From contig CM082581.2 in NCBI GenBank assembly GCA_040954595.2, positions 6,130,699-6,194,698 on the forward strand: a stretch of 64,000 nucleotides of DNA, read 5' to 3'. Source of the stretch: Balanoglossus misakiensis (Eukaryota > Animalia > Hemichordata). Numbering within the stretch: the stretch's first letter is position 1; each line of letters starts with the position of its first letter. The notes beneath the pieces are model-generated. The model searched no databases, was not told where the DNA came from, and saw nothing but the letters and a program-made list of their open reading frames with translations. This document shows positions 34,601-49,400 of this stretch, in pieces. The translations under genes and the position numbers were made by a program.

Positions 34601-35044
34601 AACAGAGAACAATCGGGCATTGTGTGTTGTTTATAGTGGGAGTGGTGACTCGTGATGTTCCGTTTGCATTTGCAGTCCAACACGGTATTCTCACCGTTTG
34701 CTTGAGCAAAAGGCCCTCTTGGGACGGAACATGCCACTGGGGTATGCAAACCACTATTGCCGAGCGCTCCGGTCTCGTGAGCCGAGACATCGTGAAATCA
34801 CACACAGAGAGGCCCTTGGCCAAGCGAGAGATGAATGGAGATAAGACTGAGCTTTTAGTTCACTTTTTTTTAATTTACTACCCTATCTGGTAAACCAATT
34901 CCCCGGTTATAAAAAAGGGAACAATTATTGAAAGTCGACGCCCTTCATGTATTTGCAATGCGTTGGTGTGAAAAACGCGCACCCGGTTAGGTCAACGTTC
35001 GCAAAGGCTGACCGAGTCATTACTTCATTTTCCTGTTGGATCAG

Positions 35045-35109
35045 CCGAAAAAGTACTTTCTCATAATCGCGGTTGACCCGAAAAACTACTTTCTCATAAA
35101 CGCGGTTGA
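35045..35109. repeat. Imperfect tandem duplication of a ~33-bp unit
   Basis: ccgaaaaagtactttctcataatcgcggttga / ccgaaaaactactttctcataaacgcggttga. Confidence 0.85.
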
Positions 35110-37446
35110 GCGGAATTCTGGGAGGCTTGCGATATACAATGTAGCCTACAGGCCAATGATATTGAAAAAAAACGTTCTTTCTACATCCGGCACAATTATC
35201 TTCAGCTATACAAAAAAAGAAATATTTTATTTTGCCTTAAACTTATTGAATGGTATATATGTACATGGTGTATGTCGCCATTATAAAGCCCAACAATGAA
35301 ATCGAGCGAAACGCTTCCCCGACTCGCCGATGACAACACGTAACAAGACACAGGTTGTCACGGTAAAAAAAACTGGGCAATAAGGCCTTCTCTGAGTTGA
35401 ACATACACGAGTTAGGAGCGACTTCACAAACTCACCATCTTGATAGGAAACAACTTCACACGCAAACAGACTAACAGAAGAGGTGAGCGTGTGACCCGTG
35501 CCCCCGAAACCTAGTTAAAATACGTCAAGTATGCGATTGCCGAAAGATAGTGGAGACCTTTAACTCCTGTTCGTGTCTGTTCCTGCCAGAAAAATGCATG
35601 TGAACACCTGAAAGTGTCCCTTGTGGAACCCATTAATAACGGAATCAGACTGTCAGATTCTCTAGGCAATTATAAACACTTTAACTCGCCCCTTTTTTCC
35701 CAGTCGAGTGGCATACATTTTAACTCCAAGAACAATGCAAATGGTTGGCCCTGCGTACATCTCCCTGGTTAACTGTGTGACGGGTGGGGGGGGGGGGGGT
35801 GATATTACTGTCATCGATTTCCCGCATCTTTGCACTGCCATTCCACTCTTGTATACTCACTAGCCTATTGTGTAGGCACCCCCTGGTAGGTCCGCTATGC
35901 AAGGGCTTGAACTGCAACTGTCACATGCGGGGTAGGACTCGCTCACTCTTTTCGAAACACCTGGCGCCACCTATGTTCCCAATTGGAATTACATTGAACC
36001 GTTGGTCCGGATACTTCAAATGGCCAATTGAGATACTGTGTTCTTACAAAATGTTCTTTCGAAAGTTATCAACATTTCTTTGGGTGATTGGGACGCCACC
36101 CCTGGGGCTAAGTAGACAGATCATGACTCTACTAAACTCGGAGTGCAGGAGGCGCCTCAATTCGCCGATGGCCACGGGTTTAAGGGGTGTAAACAGACGG
36201 CACTGCGCTACCGTTGCGTGCGGCTGGGCGTGAAATTAAGCGTTACGAGCGCTCGCGGTTGTTGCCTCGTTATATGAATCGCCCAGCAAAGTGAGAGCGT
36301 ACGCTGACGAAATGGCGATACCAAACGCCTTGGTGACGAAATCACGTCTTCTCTAATTATGACTTAAAGACGCGTGCGAAACAAACGCTAAGCTGGCGCC
36401 GGTACATCGAAGTCTTGACGTGAGTTAAAATATATTTCTCAGACGAGTTCCCCCCCCCCCTCTCTCTTTGCGCGCTTTACTCTTTCGAGCAAAAAATGGT
36501 CTACGTTCAGTAAGCCTATTGCTACTTGTACATGCACACAAGCGACTTTCACAATTTATTTCCAGTTATATCCGTGACATAAATTGCCTAAGTGTCCATG
36601 CCCATACACTGCCACGCATTATTATTATCTCTCTCTCTATCTGCCTCGCCCTTGAATCGCGCCCTGCGTTGATGTTATTGAACTTTAATGGCGGACTCTC
36701 TATAACATACGCAGAGCATGGAATGTTCCAGCCAAATACGTTATGCGGAATGTTCCGTGGTTAGCGACTTAATTGAGCAACAGCCGCGGCTGGATTTGAG
36801 AGAAAATGCAATGTCGCGGATTTCAGCGAAGGCTTCGCTGAGTAATTTTCCCTTATCTATCACGAATGAGTATGCCGTGCACTGTCTTTTCAATTACACA
36901 CTTCTCAGGTTTGATCTCCTAATAAGTGGGAACTAGACTGGGCACCAGACTTCGAGGAAGATATACATGTGAACGACCATCTCGAGATCAGCTGGCAAGT
37001 TTATCAGAATCGTATCGTTCTACATTGGATTGGGGATTCGACTGACGTACGGCCGCACGATGCGCGTGGATGTGTTTAGAATGCAGTGTACGCTCGGCTA
37101 AGCCTGGGGTAATGATCACGCTTGAAGTACGGCGATAAAACTCAATCTTCATTCGCTCTTACGTGAATTTTAGGAGAATCGCAAGGCGGGTATCCGGGAG
37201 CTATTCAAGACTAACACAACTAGGACTTAAGATCATCAGGGATGTAACTAAGCTCAGAAGAAAACATAATTTAGAAAACAGTTTGAAATAAAAAGGCATG
37301 AAGGGCTTGTGGTGGGTGTGAAAGGCGTGGTCTTGAATCTCCATGAGCTGCCAAATTTCACATATTTTTCCCATAATAAAAGAATTCAAATCTTAATCCT
37401 ATTATTTAAAATTCTCACCATTAAGCTATATTACTTGTATAGGCAC

Positions 37447-37506
37447 TTTGAACAAGTGATATATTAAACGGATGCGGCACCCGTTTAATATTATCACTTG
37501 TTCAAA
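37447..37506. repeat. Near-perfect 60-bp palindrome
   Basis: tttgaacaagtgatatattaaacggatgc-g-gcacccgtttaatattatcacttgttcaaa, one indel and one mismatch. Confidence 0.88.
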
Positions 37507-38572
37507 TTACAACATGCAGCCACAATCGGGCATCATATAATGCAATAAGCGGCTGATCTTGGGGCTTTAATTCTACAGTAGGAAGGTTTTCTGTGTGCAG
37601 AGGTAAAAACAGTCAAATGGCTGTTTTGGGTCTCTAAAATGGTCTGTAGGTTCAAAACTCAACATTTACTAGTGCAATTTGACTTAATGGTTCAAATAGG
37701 AAAAAACACGTTTTGTCCATATAGAAGGCTTGGGTTGGGAGTTGTAACAACTGGTAATTGAGCTGAACGACATAAATTATATCTATCAAAAGAAACTAAA
37801 ATAACCAAAATACCGTCAAATGTGGGCGACCTTGCACTTTTAAGTTGCAACGAGGACGATTGTTCGCGAGACACTTGGGAATAAGGGAGTAACCGTAGCA
37901 ACGCGCGTGAGGGAACATTTTGCGGTGAGTTGAAAATCCCTCCGAAACGTGTGTCCACAGGCCTATATACGTGCACATTATAGTTGTAGTTGAAATTCAC
38001 TTTTCGTATTCAATAAAACAGAACGTGACTGCACGACACTACGTCATCAGGTGTCAAATACCCGGAGACGCCGTTCGGCATTCCAGTTCATTTACGCCCC
38101 CCAAATCGCCTGTGTGTTCCACCGTGTAATTTAAAACATTCTCACGTTGCATTATAAGGGACTAGGGGTTTACGCACTTCTTGTGGCGGGATTTGCTGAT
38201 TGAGTAGTTGCCATTGCATTTTCGGGATTGCGTCAATCCGCTCCTGGAGCAAATGAATCGATTTATGAGTTCCAGCTCTTCACGTTAAGAAAATTAATGC
38301 AGCTTTTGGAGATTACCGGGCAAGGTTCATTGTGTGGCACTGAAAGACGAGAGAATGGAAGTGTATGAAAGATCTACGTGTACATGGCGATTGGGAGTAA
38401 ATGTATAAGCCTTGTGCCGTTTCTCGGAGATTGGTGTTCGGGTGCCGGGTGGGAAGGGGAGACGGAGCCGGACACCAAGTATTATGCGTGGTTTAAACGC
38501 GCACTAAGGATTTTATTTGCCGGTTGAAGGGTTCGGTATTTTGAATAACTGATGATGGACACACAAGCGCGC

Positions 38573-38610
<38 letters not shown>

Positions 38611-38623
38611 GGACGGACAGACA
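38573..38623. repeat. (ACAG)n microsatellite
   Basis: Directly visible. Confidence 0.93.
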
Positions 38624-41600
38624 TTCGCGAGTCAACAGTCCATCTTAATATGATCCCCCATTTTTACGGACGGGTATCAATTAACGCATGCACTATAGTC
38701 ATCACGACTGTACGTCTGCTATTTACATCATGTGTACAGGAATCAAAATACCACAGACGTCAATTTATCGTAGAATGAAGACAGTGACTGCAAAAGTGAG
38801 CCTGTCCGTTCACAATTTTAGAAGTAGGCCTACAATGTATGCATTTTTGTATTTGAGTAAAAGCCACTTGTCATAAATCCGTTTGATGTGAGAGTTGCGT
38901 GACAGCTCAGCCTTTTCACTTGTAAAAGCTAATGTAGACAAAAACGGTTCAGAGACAGCGTGATATCAAAAGTCATAAATGTGTTCGAGGCAACAGAATA
39001 AATTGAACAGAAATGTAAAACGTGCCTGTATGTAATGTTTCCTTCCGACCAACGTATCTAGAGTTGTATGAAAAAGAGGAGTCTAAACCGTCTCAATTCG
39101 ACAAAAATTCTTTGAGTGAGGGTACGCATTTCAATTTCAATTTTACGTTACATCCAATCTGTTTTCGACACAATCTAACATTTCAACCGTAAAGCACGTC
39201 CATTTGGAGGGAAGACCCATCAATTTTCCCTTCCCTTTAATTAGGAACGCAGTGGCTGGCCGGAAAAGGACGGGCCGCTGACGGCGATCACGGAGACATC
39301 CGTACGGCTAGTCGCGCGAAGGTAACGAGAACGAAGGGTAACGGAACGTGTGATTGAGTGATCAATACACCGTTAATCATCGCCTGATTGATGAGCTGGG
39401 TCCATTACATGTATATCACCGAGCGAAAGATCGATAACAGTGGGCAATTACATGCCGTGACTAATCGGCCAATTCGACATAGCCCCACTGTATGTACACG
39501 ACTTGAAGCAAAGTCCACATATATATTTAACCCCCTGTTTACGGTCAAACCTATAAGACTTGACACTGCTTGGACTAACAGACAGTGCTGGCCATTCACT
39601 TAGACTATGAAGATCGATGAATTGAAAGGTTGCTCACATGGGCAGATTTCTCACTAGTAAAGCCTCCTTCCAGCCTGGGACAAATACATGTAATTACTCC
39701 CCAGTTTTTATTAATTGGCAAAGGTTCGCATTTTACGGAAAACTTACGGACAGCCTACCGGAAGTATTACTAGTATTAAACTCGGATTGGCAGATTCTCA
39801 TCATCACTCAGTTGGTATAAGTCACATTACTCAACGCCAGATCAATCACAAAAAACAATGCGCAACGTATTCTTAGAGATTGGGGTCATGTTCAAATAAA
39901 GTCCTACAATAGAGGTGGGTGGGTGGCTATGAAAATCACAAGGCAAACTCCATGAATTTGCGGGAGAAACGCACATTGACACTGCAGTAGCCGCAGGTAA
40001 TCAGGAGATAGCCATATAGAAACAGCGCAGAAATGGCAGGACGTACTAATTGAATGCAAAGGGAAATCAATGGTGAACGGGATCGTGCGTAAAGCATTCA
40101 ACTGTCAGCGGAGCTACATGTGTATAGCATCGTGACTGGATCCAAAAGCCTCACGCCGGGAAAATTTGGGGGCTTGTACATCCTTTGACTTTTTGTACGC
40201 TTTTGTCTAAAGTTTTACTGAAGGTAATACTGCCCACGTACAATGTAGAAGTGGACGGTTAATGTGATACCTTAAAGGCTTCATTTCAGAGAACTGGGTA
40301 TGGTAGCTGCCACTTAAACAGGCACGAGCCATAAGTAATGGGGATAGCGGGACCTCAATTTATTTGACCAAATTGCAACAAACAAACAAACAAATAAATA
40401 AACAGCAGGTTTAAGCCGAGATTTACCATACCAATATTTCAATGTCGACTTGATACAGAGCGAATGCAAATGAACCCAGAACCTCCTCTTCATTTTATTA
40501 TTCCCTATCTCAACACTCAACGTCACTGACCTCTTTCCCATCCAAATAAAACATACTTTGCCTGCAGTCAAATCTTATCACGAGAAATCATTTATGACAA
40601 AGGTCAGATAAAAGCGAGTACCAAAAGACATAATAATTTTCATGCGATATGGCTTTCTATATCAAATATCATCGTTAAAACGCACTTAAAGTCTCGCTGA
40701 ATACGAATCCTTGTATTTTGATACCCACAGGTAGTTCATGCCCTGAAGTGGATTTGCAGTCACAAAATAATTTGTTTATACATGTATCAAGTCATTTGCC
40801 TGCCTATTCTCGGAAGTTGGAAGACGTCTCTGTTTTTTTTTATCTGTGAGGAAACAACAACAGCAGAAGGAGGCATGTATGAAAACACGAGTTCGATTGA
40901 ACAACGAAATACGCCGCATCTGTACCTAACAATCGCCGCAGTTCTTGAAATATATTGTATAATCTTTTTTTGCAGCATAAACAATGCACTGGTGGACAGC
41001 AGTCTATCATGGAAATGACAGCTTAATTATGCATAACGGATATTTTCGATTGTAACTCCATACCACTGAAGAAAAAACCGTACTGGGGTTAATGATAACA
41101 CATGAACTAAGATAAAATATATTTGCAACATTCATGTGCGATTCAGCCGTGCCCTGACCTTTGCTTATCCACTTGCAATATACCAGAACAAGATTGTAAT
41201 TCAATAGACAGACCCACGACAGGTTAGCGCGAATTTAAATTGCAAACTGTACGCACATATTGGTATTCTTAAAAAGCACCAAACACAACCATGCGTGTGT
41301 TAGCTCTATAGAATAACATAAAGCGACTTTCTTCAAGTATTCTAACGATACATTACATGCAGACATTATATGCAATGATTTTTGTCCCGTGGAAATTATC
41401 TGGCGTCGGTGCTTGTACTCGGGTGAATTTCATTGAACGGAGGTGGGCATGTTAATTTTCATTTCAACTGCAGGAACGAGCCACGTCGAATCTCGGCTAC
41501 CTTGTAGTCATTTATTAGAAGCTTTTGGTAACCGCGGGGAAAAGGTATCCGAAAGCCTTATAAAGCCAATACAGGTGTACAAGACAGTGAGCGGATTTAG

Positions 41601-43288
41601 AAATGGGATGTGTTAGCTCCGATTGCCTTCTCATAAGCGTGTTTGATCTTCACAAACATGACAACAGCTTGCACGCTATTTCACAATACTCAGTTCGTGG
41701 TTAGTCGTAGTCTTTTCACAAGTATGTAGCGCCCACTGGATAACCGGAACTATTCTCTCATGTAACAGAGATGTCCACGATTACAGAACATGACGCATGC
41801 ACTTTGCATACCTATAGGTCTCTGTTCAAGTTCCACCATTCACAAGCATGCATGTTTACGAGAAACGCCCAGGACCCAATGGTCCGACAACCATAATTTC
41901 GATTTACGTACCCTCTCACGCAATGTTGTAATAAATGATGCCGATAAATGATAACATTTTGATTTAGCGTTCCCTTTTGGTAAAATTGTGGTTGTTCGAG
42001 TAAAAAGGGGCTTATGGCAAATCCCCCCGTAAATTACTTCCCCCAATCACTCAGCTAATCCCCCTCAATGGCATTGTCGGGTACTTATAATATTTCCCCC
42101 TTCGTTTTATATGGTCGCCCAAGTGAGCAGTTTTACCCACCGTGACTAATGCCTCGATATGAAACACTGTAATTTTATCGATCATGTATCAACTCGAGCA
42201 GAAACACAAAATGCCAGAATCCTCCGCGGCATGGATAAATGGATCAGAACAATTTCAAGCGCAACATTCTGCCAGTGCTCATGCGCAGTCTTGCAAACTG
42301 TTGAAACGATCAAGTGGACAGACATCCGCGAGTGCCAAACAGCAGCACACGTGATTTAATTTTTTCATAAACGAATAGGAAATTGTCAAAATAACCAGAA
42401 CAGAGAACCCTCTATTTACCCTATCTATGCTTACAAAAGAAGACAGTACAACTTTACCGGTTACAACTAGTTCGAATCCTCTAAAGTTCCTTTGGAATCG
42501 AAATGTCATACGGATTCACTGGGCAATTATAATCTTACCATACAGCGTTGAATGCCTTGATCATGGATGCAGAACGCTAAGCTCAAACATGAGTTGGCGA
42601 GGAAATATACATAAAGTGCAGGGGTACTGCTGATACAGAGGTCGCATCTCGTCGATATGTATATAGGTAATATGAATTCCAGTGCTTGGTTCAACTAGAA
42701 CTCTCCTAAGTAGCATGAATTAACACATGAATATGATAATATATTGAACGTGATTGATCATCTCCAATGATCGAAGCTTGGGGGTGGGTCAATTCTGAAA
42801 TGAATATTTTAACGCGAAGTGATTGGTGATAAAGCAGAAAGAAGGAACGCTTCCCTGTTCGACAGATCGTCACGGTGTTTTTATCACCGTCTATAACGTT
42901 CACGGTCCGTAAATCTTGGTTGAGATTATGCGTGTCAGATGGCAAGATAAAGCCTGCAACTTAAAGTCAAAATGCTTGTTATTATGGTTTTCGGAGTGCC
43001 AGTTTCGCTCGCGCTTGACAGCCATACTTGTTCAGTTAACGACGTCCGCCTGTCCAGTTCTGTTCAATTATACTTCGTGATTTGAAAACTCTTTATGTGT
43101 TCCATAATCTATCGTATCTTGCGCTCAGGCATTATATAAGTTTTAATGGGCACAGTTGGTAACATCGACAAGAATGTCTGTCTACGTCACCTCCATACTT
43201 TTATTTGTCATGAACTCTTCAAGTTTGTTCTTTGTTTTCACGTTACGATTGTCACCGACGACTTTATACAACCTCACTAATATAATGT

Positions 43289-43380
43289 ATCATCATCATC
43301 ATCATCCTATCTCACTAATATATCATCATCATCATCATCATCATCATCGTCATCGTCATCACCACCACCACCACCACCAC
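43289..43380. repeat. Compound (CAT)n/(CAC)n microsatellite with a duplicated ctcactaatata unit
   Basis: Directly visible. Confidence 0.9.
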
Positions 43381-46339
43381 CTTCACCAACTTCTCCCTCA
43401 TCAAAAACAACAACGTTGGTCCTAATGTAGATGCTTGTATAAACGTGGATTGAAAATCATCCGTAGATTGTTCTATCATAAACGATTTACGCACGCCAAA
43501 TAAACCCAGTGGGCAAATTAGACGGGTATAGTATTACACTTAAGGGTCAAGGGCAACATTCGACAAACTGTATTGTCAATAGCACACTTTCCGCCTAGAA
43601 CGGGTCCAGACAGTCTCCATTGAATCAACAAGCATATAGTTTTAGATTCAAAATTGTTACGCGAAAGGCACAACCAACAGTATTTTATTACTGTCATTTT
43701 ATTAAGTAATCCGTGTATCTCCGCAATTCGGAGATTCAACAAGGCCCAGCCCCGGGATATATGTATTGCATTCAATATCCTTGACAGGAGGTGAAGGTAG
43801 TTTAACGTAAAAGGTACGCTGGGTTTGCTATTGAGTATGAAAAATGAGAATCACACGTTTGTCCCGGAGCGAGCGCAGTGGAAAAGTCATGCTTCTTCCG
43901 CGCATGCCTTTCAAGGGTACGCATTTACTTGTATAGAATTGATATATCAATTACAGACTATATATTTTAATGATACCGGTACCAGAAATTTGTGAGAAAT
44001 GTCAATAATAATTTCAGGGCAAGGAATTTTTCTCGATGTAACCCTTTCACATTCATGAACGTCGCGTCCATGGTTAGCACGTATACACGCATGTCAGAAA
44101 CGGCAGGGAATGCTGAGTGAAATCTGGGATCACACTCTGAAGTATTAAACACATTGCCCTTAATCCTCGTCAAATAACCGCAGTTTGCCTTTAAGCGTTT
44201 CAGTGAGGCTTAGAGCAACACCGCGAGTGATGCACCACAACACAGCAATATAGCACGAAGCGTTGGAGAAGTTCTGGGTATTCGTCAGCGGTGTGCGTGA
44301 TCAGGCGAGGAAAGCTTGACAATTCCCTCGCTTTCTCGGCCTTGAAAAGTGGTGCATTGCGCAATAAAGCCATGAAGGTTAGTTTTTGTGATAAGAAAAT
44401 TGTGCTCGTCAAAATCACGCCCTTGGGAACAATAACAACTGTATCATCCTTTCTTGGAAATTCATTTTACATACTGCTGCGGTTTGTAGCGAAACGCCAA
44501 GATATACTGAAGGAACGATCAGAAAAACCGACCTGATGGCAGGACACGTGATACTCATGAAATGAAATACAAAGCGGGCTCAAAAGAAACTAAAATGACT
44601 AAAATGTGAAAAGTGGCAGAGTTAATCATCTTTAGCTAATGGCACGCGCATAATTCAGAATTAATTCACAAGGGGTTGGAATCAGTATCATTGTGATGCG
44701 TTAACGCTGCACAGCTGTACGTTAGAGATTGTTCATTTCTACTAATAAAAGTGTTCCATTTCATCTGAACAAGGCTTTTCTCCGTGAGTGACATCAATTC
44801 TACATTGAAAAATGTTTCTTTTACAACGTTGAGAAGGAGTGTAATTTATAAATGATGCCATTTTTGACATCAGAAGAAGAGAGATGGACATGGTTTAGAG
44901 CGAGAAGGTTAGGTATGAATATAACTTTCATGAGCGATTTCGCGAGCTATTAATTTAATGGAGTGACGCACATCAGAATTCACTTCGATCATTTACTCCG
45001 TCATGTTCGTCATTCAAAGATATCACTGAGGGCGGAGAGATAAGTGCGGAGCTCTATCACAACAGTGGCATTGTATACGCACCTGTGTATACAGAATCAT
45101 TACAGTGGAAAATGGCAGTGTTGTTAATTCACTGATAGTACATTACGGGCGTGACTGCAGACTTGCGTCTATTAAATTTCTGAATGTCGTTTTATGTCAC
45201 TAGTTTGTTTAAATTGCCGCTATGATTCACAAACGTTTAGGAACGTTCTGAGAAATGGATTTTTCAGAACCTAATGTACAGTGTACGTTCAGTGAGATTG
45301 TGTTAAAGCTTGGTGGACTTCTTAATCATCCGTTCTGGAGTTAAACTATTCAGAAGACAAAGAAACGTGTCAAAACGGTGAACTAGATAATGCTGATCGA
45401 AGACAGGAAATTTCCACGCAATCGCCTGCTAACACATTTTTTTCAAATACAGGTAACAGTCTCAAAGTGTCTCTTCCATCTTCCATAGTTGACGGGATGC
45501 CAGCTCTAAAGACCATGGAAAGGGGAACAGCTGTATGAAAAGGGGATTTTTCAGCGAATTCTGAAGCAAAATACCCACGCGAACCGCTCAAGGCACCTTG
45601 AAATGGCACGCGAATTGTCAATAATGACATGCACCATGCAACATCGCCGGCACTCACAATGTTCTACATGTATATAGAACTTTCACGAATCATTTACAAG
45701 CGCTGTGGGTGTAGACTATAAAGTCGTAACGATCAAGCTTTATAGCATAACCTCGTTCTCTAGTTTAGTAAATATTCTGAAGAGTTCAATAATAGGCTGT
45801 TAAATCGGAGGAAATTTACTGCAATATTAAGGAAAACAATGTTACTCAAGTGAAAGATGTAGCCTTTGGGGAATTGTTTCTTTACTCCAATTAGGACCAA
45901 ATCCTAAACTCTTGAGAAAAGCACGTATTTCCATGCACTTCCTGTCGTTTTATTAGTCCGCAGTGATTTTCATGCAAGTCATTAAATCCCCTAATAAGTA
46001 TAACATGTAGTTTAGCGATGTTCTATATGAGTGTACAGTTCACGTTGGCCGCATTTAGACAATGTGTATATAGCAAAAGTTGAAATGTATCGTGGCAAGA
46101 ATAGATCTATCTTTGGTAAATGACAACGTCACGACAATCTGCTCCTTTCGAAACTGTCAACAGTATGACATTTTGTAATGGAAATCATAGACAGAAAGTA
46201 CACCTCAGGCCGGTGATACTTTCCATGAAACGGGCCTTCCGTTCTATTATGTAAAAAAGTGTTTGTAAATGTCAACTGCTGAACTGACGTACGAGGAGGG
46301 GAAAAGTGAATTCTTCTTCCAAGAATCATAAAACTGGCA

Positions 46340-46432
46340 TTAATCCTTCCGTCACCGTGGTTCGGTCCAAATCCATTGTTTTCTATGGTAAGGTTGGACC
46401 TCTAAAGAGGGAACAGGGGGTGAAAGGGTTAA
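46340..46432. mobile_element. TTAA-bounded short non-autonomous element (piggyBac-like MITE), copy 2
   Basis: TTAA-TCCTT...AAAGGG-TTAA; shares ggtccaaat.cattg, tatggta..gttggacctct and gggtgaaag with the reverse complement of copy 1. Confidence 0.75.
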
Positions 46433-49400
46433 ACAACATTTGCGTCAGTTCAAATAATTCCCATAACATGGACAAATATTCGAAATACAATGCATATTAG
46501 CATATCATTTGCATAAATGCCAGTATTGATTTCACGTTGCGTAAAACTATGTGCCAATGTCGTAAACAAAATCTCTCCATTTCGGTATGCCTTCGCTAGG
46601 TGCAATTTTCATTTCAAGAGGAAAGAAAGTACCATAACACAAGTTTCCTGTGCCTTATTACACAATGTTCCCATAAACCGTAGGTTCGTTACAATTTCAG
46701 TTAATAGACGGTCTTGCTTTCAGTGGACGAATTTAAAATCCCGACTATATGTGGTTTCTGTACTTTGCACGATCGCTCCCTTTGTCGCGAAAGGAGAGTG
46801 GCATTCAATTTTCCCCGAGAACTAATGCGCAGTATTCCTGAAACGGAAACGGCATTTCAATCTGTATTAGAGTATTACGAAATCTGACCTATTCCCTACT
46901 GATATCGGTATTAGAGTCGCTACGGTATTCAGAATTATGGCATTAAGCGCATATCCTTTGTTGGTCTCTCTCATGGACCCTGGTTTATAGCGTCTCTACA
47001 GCGCAAAAGAAAATGGATAGAGGGGACGTTTAATTCTTCTTTTACGGAAAGAGGATATGATCCCATACACGGAACGAAAACTGCGCAGAGCTATTTCACT
47101 TTGCTTCCGGGGTACACATGGAAATCCGACCTAAGCCCGCACAGACAATGGCATTAAAGCTTTGCAATATTTTGCTGCCGGGTACATGAAGACATACAAG
47201 CCTAAGAATGCACAAGGATCTGGGATCACGTGAAACCCGAAACCGAAACTGCAACTTCCCATTCTTGGCGCCAGGGTGGATGGATGTTTAATACCCGAAG
47301 AAATCAGGACCCACCGGTCTGCTGTAGACATGCTAGACAGGGAAGAATTAAAGGTTATCTTATTGATTATTTTGTTAATTTTCTGCACTTTTATCATGCC
47401 CACGGGCCGCCTACACCCAGCCTACGGCTAGCGCCATCGTACACGTATACTGATTGCATATTTCTTTCGTTCCTCATTCGTAGCATCTTGTCACTGACAC
47501 TAGTTATAAGCGTAGCACACTTTAACTCCAAATAGCTGCCATTTTCAACATATTTGATTCGATAAATATTCCGGCAGATGGTGATTCTAATATTCATGTG
47601 CACATACATGTATCACGGTAGTCGTGTAACCTTGCAATGGGAAGCTGAATAAAAGGGTGCGAAACTCGTTAATATTATATAACGTGTGCATTATTTAAAT
47701 GTACAGTCACAATCGGAGGTAGATAATTTGTCTATACACACCACTAAGCTCAATTACTAGTAAATGGGGCATCCTAAGTTTGAAAGTAAAATCCTGAAAA
47801 TAATGCACAAATGGCAGCCATATTGGAACTTGAACAATAACGGAGAGACGGCCCGACCGGCTACCAAGGGCGGCTGCTACCCTGTGAGGATGTCGGAAAA
47901 AACTTGATTTTATTTACGTCGCAGCAAGACGGCTTCTACCACTCAATTCTGGTGATTACAGTAGACTTTGGCGGCTCGTCAAGTTAAATAGGATGAAACA
48001 GAAGTGGTTGCCTCATTTTCTTTCTCTGGTAATTTGAATTCCGCGTTCGGTTAGATACTTTGAAATCCGCTCTTGCTCAATTAAAGTGATTTTGAAGAAG
48101 ACGGGTCTCCCCCGTCACCAAAATAACGCGTTTGTTTCGACAAATGTCTACTCTAGTTACATCCTTACTTACATGTACGCCATTATTATAATTATAGTAA
48201 TCTTGACGCGGTGAGAGATTCTTTACCCACTAGTCGCGTTAATTGGGGGCACGTGACTGGATACCAAATTACCGGTTTTTGGTTTAACTTCCTGGTGTCG
48301 TGATCTTGTTGTTCTGCACTCTTCCTGGAATACGAATGCTTTCAATATAGAAAGAGCAATTAAATAAGGAGTAGTTAGCGACACAGACAAGACTTCACTT
48401 TTCTTCGGGATCTGTATTCCGGAGCATCTCATATTAGTACATTTGATTCCATACATAATGTTCAACGAAACGAATGTTGTGTTTGTCCACTGTTGGAAGG
48501 CGCGTGAGTCAAGATCATGGCCACGCCCTTCCCTCAGAAGATAAGGCAGTACCCCCACGCCCCCCCCCCCACCCAACTGATCACAATTGCTATGACTCGA
48601 GACATACGCTTCGGGTTGCTAACAAAATTAATCGTGACGCCACTTGTGATAAATTGGACAATCAACACATACTGTGTTGTACCTTGGTCTTGACGCAATC
48701 AGTGGCCAGGCTTACATGTACATATAACGCACTCAATATATTAGATTTCTCCGACAGGAAATTCAATAAGGTGGAAAAATAAGCGTATGTAGGAACTCAC
48801 TAACCTTATAAGCTGCCCATAAAACAAGGTACAATGTATGATTGATTGATACAAGACTTCGGGGTAGGGATGGCCTTCACAGTTGTCTGTGAGCGCAGTC
48901 CGGGTATGTCATCAAAAGATTCGAGATTCTTGGCGCAGTCTGCTGTTTAATAAAATGACATATTCTGATACGCGTGTAAGCTTCATACATGTTACAATAC
49001 ACAGCAAAGCGCGAGAAATCTAACTGATAACAAAAAAACGGCAAACTTTGGCTGCTGGCTTGGTTAGGAAGCATAGTTTTCACGCAGTTGATTTTTTAAC
49101 TCGTGTGTGCCCTGTTTTTGTAACAGACATGCAGTCGTCGTTTTAACTACCACGTGGACCAGGCGCGTTTACGTGTTTCCGTGATGCGTGAAATCAATTC
49201 TAAGTTCCCTGTGGACGGCCAGAAACGGCCACTTACATGTTCTAACACGCCACACGTACAAGCGCGGTTCCATCCGTCATCAGCGGTTGACCTCTTTCAA
49301 TGGGCAACACCTATTGGCGACATCAGGTCAGCAGACATCTCACCTGAGAATATTGCCAGACGTCATGTCACCAAGTACACGTATATACAATGTACGTACA

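Noticed and set aside
43156-43425. Poly-His ORF
   Set aside because: Translation of a (CAT)/(CAC) microsatellite, with no splice or domain support.
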